Assembly (NCBI GenBank): GCA_964016885.1
Contig: OZ024741.1
Location: forward strand, 195,858,001-195,922,000
Length of the DNA stretch: 64,000 nucleotides
Source: Eledone cirrhosa
Taxonomy: Eukaryota
Direction of reading: 5' to 3'
Shown one piece after another: positions 48,826-62,800 of the stretch. A program made the position numbers and the translations under genes. Below the pieces are notes generated by a model. The model made no database searches. It saw only the letters and a list, made by a program, of their open reading frames with translations, and had not been told where the DNA came from. Numbering within the stretch: position 1 is the stretch's first letter; every line of letters starts with the position of its first letter.

Positions 48826-49627
48826 CTGGGTGTGTTTATCATGTAGATCACCAAAGATTAGGGAGGCATTCATGTCTTTGATATACCTGAGGGGTCCTGA
48901 AATTACTGAAATACCTGAAATTATATCCCTAATTCTCCTTTCCTCACTCAACCACGCCAGCATAGAAAGCTCCCCACATATACCTTCAGATGTCACTCTA
49001 AGACTTTCCTCTCTCTCACCCACTTCCTTCAATGCCTGTCTCTGGCTGAAGTTGTCACAACATTATTTACTCTCCTTCCCTTTGCAGCCACCTCCCTCTC
49101 ACACCACTCCATGTATTTTTCCACACTTCTGTCACTTCCTTCACAGCCTAATCAAGGATGGCACAAGTGTTCTAATTTTGATAAGTTGTAGTGCTGGTGC
49201 AACAATAAAATGCATCCAGCCCACTCTATAAAGTGTTAGTACTGGTGCCATGATAAAAATCACTGAATCCACTCTGTTAGATGGTGGTAGCAATGACATG
49301 ATAAAACACACCTGGTACATACTGTGAAGTATTTGGTTGTTAGGAAGGACAGCCAACCATAGAAACCATGCCAGAATGGAACATATGAGTGAGATATAGT
49401 CGCCTGTCTTGTCTAGTTTCAGGATGTGACAACCTGTCTGACCCATGCAAACATGGAAAATAGATGTTAAATGGGGATTGTGATGAACCTCTGTAAGAGA
49501 TCCAATGTGCTGATGATCTGATATTTAAAACATAGAGGATTAAGTACTAATTTGGTCAGGGTCAACCCATCTCATCCTTGCTAGCAGGGAAAATGGACTT
49601 TAAATGATGATTATGATGATGAATATA

Positions 49628-49698
<71 letters not shown>

Positions 49699-49859
49699 CA
49701 TACACTTAACTTGTATGCACAGCCTTAGGTTTCAGGGTCCAGTTATGGCCACCACTGTATGAGCCGTTCTATGACTGGCCTCTCTTGTCAGGTGCAAGGA
49801 CAAAATTTAGAGAAAAGCCATTAGTTCATGAAATATAGATTTCTTTATTTGCCACAAGG

Positions 49860-50210
49860 ACGCACAAGAAATGGGACATTGCAGGACGTATGACGGGGGT
49901 TTACATTTAAACATGTAAACAATTTTAACAATTATATATAATAAACAATCAAAATCTCCAATAGGGGAAGCATTACAACTGGGTTGTTTTACACCCCATA
50001 GATAGAACAACACTCAACACCAAGAGCATTTTTGCAAGTGCTCCTGTCTTCTCTCTCTTGTCCTCTTCAACCTACAGGTTTATGTACAGAATAGGCCCAT
50101 TTACTTGGGCCATTTTCGCAACATCCACCCATCTTTCAGCGAATTTGCTGGGGTGCAACACCTCTCCCTTCACTCTCACCCTTCTTCTGAAATGGTATTT
50201 GGAGAAGAGT
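49860..50210 (-). mobile_element. Tx1-like LINE 3' fragment; a related fragment lies at about 56730-57065
   Basis: Similar to 29760-29900 (FSKYHFRRRVRVKGEVLHPSKFAERWV). Confidence 0.7.
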
Positions 50211-50367
50211 CTCTCCTCAAAACAAAACCTAAATTATAATGCTATGGCACTACATGATTTGAATAGAGCATATGTATAATATATGTGTGACTTAAGTTGT
50301 AAGTTACTTTTTAAACACCTTAAAAGAGCTCATTACAATACAGAAAAGATTGCAGATCGTAGACTGT

Positions 50368-51745
50368 TCTTCTTCTTCACCCACTTATTCAGTGGGTCCT
50401 GTCAGAAGCAACTGTCTCCAACTGATCTGGCTGAATCCCCAAGCGAGACCAGTCAAGCTCATGGATGTTATCCAACCATCATTCTCTGCTGGTTTTGCCC
50501 ATAAAATCTGTGCAGTGTTCTTTCTTGAGACATTCTAACCACACGTCTGTAGTATTGGAGCTGCGATATCTCAATTCAGAGAAGTAGTGGCTCTATTTGG
50601 AGTGACTCTGATTCCAAGCTACGCACTCTATCAAGTAATGTTACTCTAAAGCCCCTGGGGAGCTCCATTTCAACCACTTGTATTCACAATCATATTCTAT
50701 TAGTCATTACCCAAGATTCATGACCTTAGGTAAGGGTTGGCTTGAATACCAAATTCAAGTTTCGCTTTTACACCTACCTCAGTGGAACTCTATTCACATG
50801 TAGAGTTCACTGCACAGGCTTCTTTGAGAGGACGAGTGTCTGAGTTTTCGCAGCACTGATTTTCATTCCAGCCATGCAACACTCAGCATCAAACCTATCA
50901 AGTGCCAGTCAGAGATCATCTTCTGTTAAGTTAAATAACACCATGTCATCTGCAAAAGCTTTTTTGACTGAGATCAAGTCTTTGAGAACATTCACGTCTA
51001 TTTTTCAAAAATATATAATTTGAAATAGTTTTTGTATTTAATTCGTACGAATATTTTTTAAAAGATTCTAACATAACTTGATTTGGCCCAGTAATCTACT
51101 GATATCAAAATCAGTAGTATATTGCAAAATGGAAAAATAGGGTAGGGAGCATTTCGTGATTTTGAGGCGAAAAAGGGGGCATTTAGCCGAAATGGGTTGA
51201 GAACCTGTGGTTTAGATGTAGCACCATCTATCCGAACGCAGATACTTGGGCATTCATTTAGAGACATGAGGGAAGCAAGAAGCTGACCATTGATCCCATA
51301 CTCCTGCACTAGCTTCCACAGCAGGTCCCGAGAAATGCAGTCATATGCCTTTTGAGCTCTTTAACTATTCTTGTGACCTCAGCCTCTGTGAGATTAGTCA
51401 CCACTCTAAGATGCACCTCATGTACATCAGATGATGCTGTTGTGATCGGGTTTAGGAGATCAGCAAATTATTCTCTCCACTTTGCAAGGATGCACCTCTC
51501 TGAAGAGAGGAGAACCCCAGACACGTTCTTGATAGTAAGTGTAGAGAAGGGCTTCTTATTATGAAGTCACCGGATGGTCTGCCAGAACACTTTATTTGCT
51601 GAAGTTGGATTCCACCTTAACCTCAAAGTCTTCCCATGTCTTACTGTCTCTGCTGTGATTTTTCGTGTATGCTTGTACTGCAAGTGCAAGAAGGAGGACT
51701 TTTTCCAAGCCAAGCTTTGTAAGCCTCCTTCTTTGCTCGGATGGC
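50368..51745 (-). mobile_element. Old RTE-clade LINE remnant with (GAA)n tail, interrupted by other sequence at about 50970-51200
   Basis: KAYDCISRDLLWKLVQEYGI, FADD-like, GHESWVMT, FWQTIR. Confidence 0.7.
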
Positions 51746-53501
51746 TCACCCTGAAAACCCAATGGAGTTAATTCTCTAGGAAATTTTGGGAGAATTCTTT
51801 CTTCTATCAAATGCATATAATCAGGTTTGAATAGAATTGTATGTTTGTTACCTAGTGTATAAGGTATTTTGTAAAACTCAAACCACTTCTCAGAGCTTCT
51901 TAAAAAATAAAATCTGAACACTCAAAAAATATGAATTGTATGCATGTTAGCTAATGTGTAATGTAATTTTGTAGGATTAAACCTTTTTTAGAAAAACATA
52001 TTCAAACATTTTCCTAAAGAATTGAAAACCTAGACTCTCAAAGAACACGAAGGGCTTTGAAATATGGTGTATATCTTGTGTTTATGTGCATGGGGATGTG
52101 TTATGTGTGCATTTTTTTTAGTGTGACAGAAAAATAGGGTCATGGAATATTTAGCATGTCTGGTGAGGGGGCATGTTTGGGTGTGGATTTCCAGTTGGAT
52201 AGAAGATGGCTTTTCCAATACAATGTCTAAAAACCTCAGTCTTGGTATTTAAATACTTGTTCGATGAATATAATATTTGCAAAATCCTAAATTTTTCATT
52301 GAGGCAGAGTGGTCATCTTTTAGTTCCATTTAGCTTGGACTAAAGTCGTGCATGCATGTTAAGTGTATGAAGTTTCAACATATACTAAATAAGCTCTCTT
52401 GTACTAGATTGAACATTGTTTTCCTTGGCTTTTTATCTACAAATACCCTGCACACTCACAAACACGCACACATAATATGGTATAATATACACACACACTG
52501 CTTGCGATACATTAGGAAGCCTCTAGATGGTCACTCAGCCTGCAAGAAATAGCAGTAAAATCTCCCTGAATTATAATGTATTTAGATTACCCAATGTGTT
52601 CCTTATTTAAATAAAGAAGGAACATGTTGGTCAATTTAACTCTGCTTATAATTGGAGGAGCTTCAATCAGTCCTGCTCACAAGTCCTGTGGTTGGGCAAC
52701 AGTAATTGCAGCCAAAATCAATTCAAACTAAAAGAAAGCGAGTACATGATAACTGAACCTACTAGAAATTACAGCCAATCTCCCTCATGCTGCATCCTAA
52801 CATTAAAAAAAAAAAAGATACATTGATTAATGTAGTTCAAGATACTCAGAGAAAATATGGAATGATCAATGCTAGGACATTGAGCTAAATAGCAACGACA
52901 CTTACCACTTGTCAACACCAGAAATACTTTCAGATAAGAATGTCACAGTGTCTTAATGAATTAGGTTACCAACAAGCTATTTCACAAAACTTTTTATACA
53001 TATATAATAAATTAACACTAAAATATGTGTGGGTGAGGGTATATGTGTATGCATGTGCATAATAATTAGAAATGTTTTAGAGGTCATTTTTATAACATCC
53101 TGAATGACAAAAGCAACATTTTTATTTTGCTTTAATGTTTAACCTATTTGCTTGAAGATACTGATTGGAAAATGTTTGGTATGTATATGTCAACAACTAA
53201 ATTTATATGACAATACTTGTCTGTTTTTGTGTATCTAACTCTAAAGTTGACCTCTTTAGAACCTAATTTCAGATAATGTAGACTGGCAGTCATATCTATT
53301 CTAAAATCGCATTATTTAAACACATGAATGGCCTCTTGATTTGATCTTATTTTCAGATGTGTATATACTTTCAGGTAGGAGTGTCACAGTGTCTTAATGA
53401 ATTAGGTCACCAACAAGTCATTTCACAAAGCTTTTGATACATAATATTACCAGTAATTATATACACTAAATCATTACCTGATTCCCTTACTCATTGCACA
53501 A

Positions 53502-53970
53502 TCATCATCATTTTACATCTGCTTTTCCATGCTTGCATGGTTTGGACAGGTCCTTCTCAGCATGGCATCTCTCCACATATTGCGATCCTTTGTCATTGCT
53601 TCTGTTAGTTGCAGTGATTTGAGGTCAGCTTTCACCACCTCTGCCCAGGTCTTTCTTGGTCTACTTCTACTAGGGCTTCCTTCCACTGGCATTTCCTGGC
53701 ACTTCTTCACCCATCGGTCATTATCCATGCACATCACATGACCAAAGCAACAGTCTTCTCTCCTGCACACCACCTTGGATTCTTCTTAAACCTAGCTTCT
53801 CCCTTAACTTATTCAAGCTCTGATCTCTCTTACACTTAATATTGCACATCCATCGAAGCATGGTTGCTTCATTTCTCTCCTGTCTACACATGTCCTCTGC
53901 AGTCACTGCCCATGTTTTATTACCATGCAGCATTGCATTTCTCACACGAATGTCATACAGTCGTCTTTTT
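53502..53970 (-). mobile_element. RTE LINE 3' fragment
   Basis: AMLHG..TW, MLRWMC, FGHVM, RPRKTW. Confidence 0.85.
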
Positions 53971-54060
53971 GTACTTTTAATTTCATTACTAAGTAACTTA
54001 ATGTAAGGTTCTTATATAGAATTATATTAGAAGATTTTAATTTAAATTGGAACCCTTTAA

Positions 54061-54281
54061 CCCTTTAGCATTTACATTAATCTATATATGCTATTGTATT
54101 TTTGTGGTAAAGGCTTTACCTCACATAATTATCTGATATAATATTGAATCTTTGAGATTTTTATGATATTTACTTTGAGAACAATACCTTAATATCAGTA
54201 GGAGCAGCCAGTTATGGCTGGTTTAAATAGAAAAAGGTGAGAAAATTCTGGTCGGATATGGCCGGTTTAAATGCTAAACGG
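54061..54281 (-). mobile_element. piggyBac-like MITE nested in another short repeat (also seen at about 44540-44653)
   Basis: TTAA|CCCTTTAGCATT...AATGCTAAACGG|TTAA. Confidence 0.85.
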
Positions 54282-54959
54282 TTAAAATGGGTGGTTTTAT
54301 TTCATAGAACCAGAGCAGGTTTTGGCCAAATTGGTAACTAACAGGTTAAATTTAATAAGAAACTATGAATGACAATTACTCAGATTTTTGTTAAAAAAGC
54401 TGAACATTTTTTAATTTTTATATATAATTTATTGTTATATTAGTTCAGCTTAGGCAAACTGATCAACTTAACAATATTTGTTTGGGCTTTTTGTTCCGAG
54501 TTCAGTAGTTGTTGGGAACTAAAGTATTTTCTGGCTCTGAGGAGGAGGGCCAGCTTTCGCTAAGTGGAAGATGTGTCTTCACAGAGAAAGATTGTAAGTT
54601 GGGGTTAGGCCTGCTTTTGTATTGACTTTGAGAGTTCTAGCAGCATATTTAGGGTGAATGGTATCATATTGTTTTCTTGCTGGGTATAGTGATTGTGTAT
54701 ATGTGTGTGGTTATATAGGTGACAAGATTGGCATGACTCTATTGGAATATGTTTTTGTCTCTTCAGTTTTGATATTCAAATTTACCATCTTAATCAGAAG
54801 AAATCAATTTTGGCAAGACAAGTTAACAAAGTTTAACTCTTTTTTTTTCATTCATTTGTTGTTACAGGTTTATTCACAGTTGTGTAAAAAATATAATAAT
54901 ATAATGCTTATAAGAACAAAAACACAAACAAATATAATATATACAAAGGAAAGGGAAAA

Positions 54960-55490
54960 GAAAGAGAAAAAAACATATAAGCAGGTAATACACACATCTA
55001 GGACCACATACAACAAAAGGCAGGCAAAAGGGGGGGACAAACGAACCGCTACCAGAGCAAAAGATAACACTATAGCGAGGAGCACTGGGAAACATCTCTA
55101 ATAATTTTTGAGGCAAGCCAGCACGCTCGCAGCATTACCTCGGGTAATCACGAACATCACCAGTTACCTCTGTTAGGTGAGCTGCCAGTGAAGATAGGGA
55201 TCTAACAGTCAGTAGCCTGACTCCCCCAAACGTCTTGAATGCCACGGGCTGGAAAATGTAGTTAGCTGACAAATCACGGTATTTTAGGATTTTTTTCCGT
55301 TCAGCTGAGGATACCGCTGTATCCAGAATGTGGGAAGAAGCAAAAGAGTTACTAACTGTGGTGTCCCAGATAAGGCACCTGCCTCTTGACCAGGGGCACA
55401 GGGTAAGACCATCAGGTCTTTTCCCATCAATTCTGGACAACCCAGTCAGTTCTAAAATTGATGGGATGTTTGCCCGGGCCAAAGCTCTTA
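54960..55490 (-). mobile_element. CRE-type element 3' end with restriction-like endonuclease
   Basis: LSRIDGKRPDGLTLCPWSRGRCLIWDTT...AERKKILKY...FQPVAFKTFG. Confidence 0.9.
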
Positions 55491-55659
55491 AATGGTAATA
55501 GGACAGTGTGTGTATGTGCGCGTGCTTGAGTTTATCAGCGTTCTTAATGTGTGTATCACTGTTTTTAAGTTAGAGACATATATATGTGTGTATCCCCTTC
55601 CTTCCTTTTACACACACAAACACACACACATTGTGTGACGGACGGATGGACAAAAGTAC

Positions 55660-56280
55660 TTCAAATTTATATACATGTGAATGGAGTTCCACTGAAGCAG
55701 GTAGAGAAGTTCAAGTATCTCTGGGCTGTGTTCATGAGTGATGGAAGGCAGGAGGCTGAATTAAGTGCAAGAATTGCAAAAGCTGATGCAGTAATGCGCC
55801 AGCTTCAGTAATCAGAAAAAGGGAGGTAGGTGTAAAAGCCAAACTCGCTGTCTTCCTGGTATTCCTGCCAACCGAGGGTCATGAATCTTGGGTAATGACC
55901 GAAAGAATACGATTGCAAATACAAGCGGCAGAAATGGAATTCCTCAAAAGGGTCTTTAGAGTAACGTTACTCGATAAAATGCATAGCTCAGAGACCAATG
56001 AGTCACTCCAGGTCCGCTACTTTTCCGAATTGAGAGATCACAGCTCCAGTACTATGGGTATGTGGTTAGAATGTTTCAGGAAAGAATCTCTGGCAAAACC
56101 AACCAGCAAGAGACCCAGAGGTAGACCCTGAGCAAGATAGTTGGATAACATCCATGAGCTTGGTTGGTCATGCTTTGGGATCCAGCTAGATCAATTAGAG
56201 ATGTTTGCTTCTGACAGACTCACTGGAAGGAGTGTTTGAGAACGACTCTGCCCCCACAACCCAGTGGGTGAAGAAGAAGG
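55660..56280 (+). mobile_element. RTE-clade LINE 3' fragment
   Basis: LKQVEKFKYL, RIAKA, GHESWVMT, IQAAEMEFL, KRPRGRP; (GAA)n tail. Confidence 0.85.
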
Positions 56281-56349
56281 ATATTGTCAATTTACTTTTC
56301 AATTTACATATATCTATATGCATATATATTTGCATATAATACGAGTTTC

Positions 56350-56706
56350 TATGTTCTGATTTCAAGATCAACTTTATCTTTCATCCTTCCAGGGATGGAT
56401 AAAATAAAATATCAGTTAAGTACTAGGGTCAGTATAATTGACTTCCCACTTCCCCCAAATTGTTGGACTTTTACCAATGTTAGAAAGAAATTAATAATAA
56501 TGATGATGATAATAATAATAATGGTTTCTACTTTTGGCACAAGGCCAGCAATTACCCAGTGTATTACTGGTACTTTATTTTATCGACCCCGTAAGGATGA
56601 AAGGCAAAGTTAACCTCGGCGGGATTTGAACTCAGAATGGCAAGGGCTGTAACTCTATGCATCAAAGTATGGCGTCCGACCCTCTACCGATACTGCCAAT
56701 CCACCG
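56350..56706. mobile_element. Two tail-to-tail SINEs of the third family (plus about 56350-56490, minus 56525-56706)
   Basis: Match 40170-40347. Confidence 0.8.
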
Positions 56707-57667
56707 ATGATAATGCTAATAATGATTTATTCAATAGTTACACGGGTTCACATTAAGGATGGCAGAGGATGGTACAGTGTGGATTTTAACATGTAAAAAG
56801 GTTTTAACAAAAACAAAGATTGAAAGAAAAACGTAAAAAAAATTCAAACAAAATAAATTCCCCTATAAGGGGGACTTCTGGGCGTCACTCATGGAGAAAA
56901 GCCACAGTCACCTTGACTGCCAGGGCAAGCACCCCATCCCAGTTGTCCTCTTCCAATCTGTAGGTGCACTCTCAGAGCAACCCATTCATTTAAGTTATAC
57001 TCGCTACTCTGACCCACCTTTCAACAAACTCGTTGGAAAGTAGCACTTTCCTCTCCACTCTGTTTTCAGCCCTTTCAAAATTGTTTAAAAATCATATCAC
57101 CAGTGTATGGTAACACAAGGGTTAATGGCAGTCTAGTTACTAGTAATAGTGTTATTTCACTATTATAGCAAATAAATAATTTATTTATCTTTATGTAACA
57201 AGATTGCCACAAGCAAAATTTTCTGAGAAAATTAGGTAATATATATATGTTAGTTAATTAAAATCTGAATATGGTAAAGATAATTAGTTTTTGTCTGGTC
57301 ACAGAATATGTTGCCTATTTCTGTTAAGAAAATGTTTAAGAGGTGACTCATAGAAAATACCTCTCCATGACATTAATCCCTTTTACTAATTAATTAATCA
57401 CTACTAAGCAAATATGTATTTTTTAGTTTGACTCCAGCGTGTTCAGTATAGCTATATTGAGGTATAAAAAAATTGAAAATGAATTGCCAAAATCCTTTGA
57501 CAGTCATTAATCATTTTTATGTGAATATATTTAGATTGTCATAGAATTATTTACATAATTTGTTTCTTTGTTTTAACAACATGTTTTTCAATCTACTTGA
57601 TTGTTAACCTAAAAGTTCTCCACTAAAAAGGTTCCAGTTAGTCCCTTCATTTCCTAGAACAACCCTA

Positions 57668-58873
57668 TTCGGTTGGCCAAAATGTCTGTTCGGTTTTTAT
57701 CGATCCTAAACTTCAAACACTCTAATGTGTAACTAACTTCAGTATGTCCCTTGAGCATATGCACTGTTAGATACATAATGCTTGCAATGAGACAGGTCAT
57801 ATTTTGTGTGCTTGGGATCACTCTGAAAATGGAGAACCAAACTGAACATTATCGACACCTTGTGCTTTTTATTTTAAAAAAGGCAAGAAAGCAGTGGAAA
57901 TCTGTGGAAGATATGTTTTTTGTACGGAGAGGATGCTTTTATGGAACATGTGTGCCAGAAGTGATTTTTCAAGATTTCAATCAGGAAATGTTTTGGTTCA
58001 AGATGCAGTTACTTACATAAACAGCAACAAAATGAATGAGTCAGCACCAATCTCTGTTATATGACCAGGATAATTGCAGATATTCTCCAAATATCCAAAT
58101 TGGATGTTGAAAACCATCTGCATCAACTTGGTTATGTCAGTAGATTTGATGTTTCTGTTCTACATCAATTAAATGAGGCTAACCTCACCCAACGGTTTTC
58201 TATTTGCGATTCTTTGCAGAAATATGAAGAAAACGATACTTTTTTTTTTTATCAGAATGGTAACAGGGGATGAAAAATGGATCATCTAACAATGTGAAGT
58301 GTAAACAATTATGGGGCAAGCATGGTGGACCTCCATAAATAACCTCCAAAGCAGAAATTCACCCGAAGAAGGTTATGCTTTCAATTTGATGAAATTGGAT
58401 GGGTGTTATTTTTTACAAGCTTCTCACAGACAGGACCATAAATTTGGATCTGTACTGTGACCAGCTGGGTAAATTAAATGAAGTAATTCACCAGAAGCAT
58501 CCAGCATTTGCTAATTGTAAAGGTATTGTCTTTTATCATGACAATGTCAGACCACACACTTTGCTAATGTGGTAGAAGTTACTAGCACTTGGCTGGGAAG
58601 TTTTGCCGCCACCTCCTTATTGACCTAACCCTGTGCCTTCAAATTTCCTCCTGTTTGGATCTCTTAAAAAATCATTGAATGTACAGACCTTAAACACTGA
58701 AGAGGATGTAAAATTTCACCTGGAAAAGTTTTTTTGCCAGTAAAGACAGGAAATTCTTTTAGCAGGGAATAATGGATCTGCTCATGGATATCAGAAAATA
58801 CTGTAATTATATCACTGGTTGAATAAATCACTTTGTTTAAACCTTGTGCCTTATTTTTGCTTAAAAAATTGAA
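57668..58873 (+). mobile_element. Degraded mariner (Tc1/mariner, DD34D) transposon
   Basis: TA|TTCGGTTGGCCAAAATGTCTGTTCGGTTTTT left TIR; MENQTEHYRH, ENHLHQLGYVSRFD, VTGDEKWI, HPKKVML, HDNVRPH, PPPY.P..PS.F. Confidence 0.9.
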
Positions 58874-58941
58874 TTTATATTTATATTTCAGATATCTTGA
58901 AATGACTGAGTGTCACAAAGTCTTATGAAGATACAAAGAAG

Positions 58942-59079
58942 ATGAATCAAACAATAATGGCGCCGAATAGAAAAAAACGGGAAAATTTGATACAAGAAAT
59001 ACTTAATACTGAAACTTCCTATGTTAATGACTTAAAGTCTTGTGTTGACATATTTTTAGACCCTTCTGATGCACACAAG
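58942..59079 (+). CDS. Exon encoding the N-terminal helix of a Dbl-homology (RhoGEF) domain; resembles Tuba/DNMBP and ARHGEF37/38-type GEFs; probably the first coding exon
   Basis: MNQTIMAPNRKKRENLIQEILNTETSYVNDLKSCVDIFLDP matches DH conserved region 1 (R..I.E...TE..YV.DL). Acceptor tttcag at 58886-58891, donor AAG|gtaatt at 59079/59080, in-frame TGA upstream at 58903. Confidence 0.85.
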
Positions 59080-59872
59080 GTAATTATTCTCTTTATATCT
59101 CATGTAGTTTCCATTTCTTTTCTTTTCTTTTTTTTTCCCTTTCTGGTTTAGAACAGGTTCACCCTATCCCTGAGTGACATAAGAGACTAAAAGGGTTGGT
59201 GTCAGGAAGGGTATCTGGCTGTCAAACATTGCTTTAAAAAGTACTGCCCAACCTATGCTGAAAATTCAATGCAAAAATGATGATAACGATGATAGTTGTG
59301 GTAGTGGTGGTCTCTTCTGTAGTTTTAGGCTACCAAATTTCAAGGTCAAGCTGAGACTATAGAAGTAGACATTTACCCAAGATGCCATCCAGTTGTACTG
59401 AATCCAGAACTAACTTCTTAACCACTCAAACATGCCTGTTAGTTCTTTTTTCTGTCCTCCATAGCAGAATAATTAAGATTCAAAACTGATGTAACAAAGG
59501 CCATCTATTTTCTTTGTCTTAGAAAACAGGTGTGAAAATTAAGAAGCCTTCCCAATTCTTTGTGCAGATGCTAGAAGTAGTAAGGCCATATATTGGTGAA
59601 TTCATTTGTACATAACTCAGGAGAAATAGTGTATAGCCAGGCTGTGGTTTAGTCTAATATAGTGAAATCTATGTTTGTATTTTAGTTTATTACTGTAACA
59701 TTTGTTATTGGTGCCTGTTTATTTCAATTAAAGCTGTTTGTAAAATGTTTTATTGTAAAAAATGCAAGTGTCTTTTGTGCTTATGAAAATGGAAAAGGAA
59801 GGGAAAGGCAAGGACTCTTGGATTAATATCACATGTTAGTACCACATGTTAGTATCATGATAGTATTACATA

Positions 59873-62800
59873 TCTATATATCTAAAACAGAGAATGTCTG
59901 TCTGTCTGACTCCCTAAAACTCGAGAACCACCCAAATGATTGTTTTCAAACTTTACACATGTAATACTTATGGTCGTGTGAGTGTTTTGAGCAAAAAAAA
60001 AAATTTCAAATTTTCAATGCCCGAGGGACCGCATTAGGCGATTTAGCGATCTCTCTCTATAATTCTTAGTCTTTCTTTTTAGATACATAGCTACAATGTT
60101 GCGCCCTTATAATATCTGTCTGTATGTCTGGCTGTCTACATTACGACATTATGAATCTACCTGTGTGTGTGTATATATATGTATATATAGTGTCATCATC
60201 ATCATCATCATCGTTTAACATCCATCTTCCACGCTAGCATGGGTTTGGACGGTAATTTTCCCACTTGAGGCAAGATTGGTTGTCTCGCTCGTATAGGACT
60301 GTCTGGCAGGTTTTCTACGGCTGGATGCCCTTCCTAACACCAACCACGTTTACAGTGTGGACTGGGAGGTTTTTACCGTGTTGCCTACACGGCCACATTA
60401 CAGTGTGGACTGTGTTTTTTTGTCGTGACACCTACACGACCTCATTTATTTAAGACTGGATGTTGTGGTACCAACATAACTTTACATCGAAAGGGGGTGG
60501 TATGGATGGGGTGGGGGTAGTGGGACAGGGGTGTATTTTGGTAAGAGGTGCCTACTGACTGTAGGTTTCGCTTTGCACTTAAGCAAGGCGAGTCTTCTGT
60601 ATTACTGTGTAGCGCCAAAGATCTCGGACCAGTGACATTGTCTTGGAGAGGTATAAGTGTGTGAGGTCGGAATTTATCAAGTTGTCCCAGGTTTTTCTGG
60701 GTCTGCCTACTCTGTGGCTACCGTCTATTTTGATCGCCCTGCACTTATTTATACAGCTGTCGTCTTTCATGCGCATCACGTGACCATACCAACATAGTCT
60801 TCTCTCGAGTAAACAGCATCTGATCCCTCTTATTCCTAATTTCTTACTTAGTTCATGTATGCTTTGCCGTTCTCGTATATTACTATTACACATCCAACGG
60901 AGCATGCAAGCTTCGTTCCTCTCCAGTCTGCGTAGATCCTCTGCACGTAAAGCCCAAGTCTCACTGCCATGTAACATTGCTGTTCGTATGCAGGCATCAT
61001 ACAGCCTGCCTTTCATTTTTAGAGAGAAACCTTTAGCGGCCAATAGTGGTATAAGCTCTCTGAACTTTTTCCATCCCGTTCTAACTCTAGCTACTGTACT
61101 TTCAGAGCACCCTCCACCACAGCTGATTTTGTCACCCAGGTAACGGAAGGTGTCCACTATTTCTATAGAACCATTTGTGCAATGGAATGGGCTAGTATTC
61201 TGTGGGCACTTTCTGCTACTTATTGCACCTGAGCAGTGGCCACATATAAAATCTATATTCTTAGTTAGCTTACCTGTGATCCCACTACATCTTTTATGCA
61301 CCCATACTTTGCATTTGGGACATAAAATGGAGTTTCTACCTACTCCTTTCCTACACACTGAGCATGGCCATTTCCCAGATGGGACCAGTGCCCTATTTTC
61401 CTTCCTACATACTAGCACTTTAGTCTTAGACAGGTTAATTTTAAGGCGTTTTGATTCTAGGCCATGCTTCCATGTTTGGAATTTCTTCTCTAGTTCAGCC
61501 ATTGATTCAGCTATAAGCATTAGATCATCAGCGTATAGGAGTTCCCATGGGCAGCCGGTCTTGAACTCCTCTGTTATAGCCTGAAGGGCAATAATAAATA
61601 GGAGGGGGCTAAGGACGGAGCCCTGATGAACACCAACTTTTACGCTAAACTCTTCACTATATTCGTTGTTAATTCTAACCTTGCTGACTGTTTCTTTATA
61701 CATGGCTTGTATAGCTCTCACAACCCATTCATCAACACCTAGTTTTCTGAGAGCCCACCAGATAATGGGGCATGGGACTCCGTCAAAGGCTTTCTCCAAG
61801 TCAACAAAAGCTAACTATAGGGGTTTACTTTTAGCTAGGTACTTCTCCTGTAGTTGTCATACAATGAAAAGAGCGTCTGTGGTACTTTTACCTGACACAA
61901 ACACAAACTGCATTTCATCCGGATCAATTCGCTCTCTGATTACTATTATTTTTTCTGTGACCTTCATGACCTGGTCAATTAATTTAATGCCTCTATAGTT
62001 TCCCCTATCTAGGGCATCTAATGATGATGCTGCTATGCCAGTCCTTCGGTACGACCCCATTCTGTATGACTTGGTTTACTATCTGGGTGACCATAGTGTG
62101 TCCCACCGTTCCAGATGCTTTCAGCATTTCAGCAACTATTTCTGAAGGCCCAGCCGCTTTGCCCGTCTTCATATCTTTGATTGCCTTACTTATTATACTA
62201 CTTCAACTTGCACTGCTGGTCCCTCTATTGGATCGATGTGGGGAAACTGTCTTTCTCCCATTTATTCTTTTCATTTAGTAGCCTTTCGTAGTGACACTTC
62301 CAAGCTACCTTCTTATCAGTGTCAGTGATGGCAAGTACACCATCATCATTACGGACACACTTCTCCCCGACAATATCATGGTTTTCTTTGACACATTGCC
62401 TAGCAATCCTGAACACCTCACGTTTTTGGTCCTCGCGTTGTAGAACATGCTTGAACTTTCTTTCTTCTGCTTCCCTTCTTGCAAAGTACACTTGTCTCCT
62501 AGCTTCCCTCCTGGCCACTTGATAGTCTTCTCTACTTCACCCATCCCGCCATACTTTCCACGCCTGCTTTTTGGCCTTGATTGACTCCTCCACCTTACTG
62601 TTCCACCACCATGTTACTCTCCTCCTGCCTATAGGCCTGCTCCAGCCAGAGACTTCATCTGCCGCTTTTAGCAGGTTAACTTTCAGGAATTCCCACTGTT
62701 CCTCTATATTGTACTTGATCTTCCTTACTGTCAAAAGCATCAAGTAATATGCTTTTAAATTTATTACTGGCTGTGTGTGTATATATATATATATGTATAT

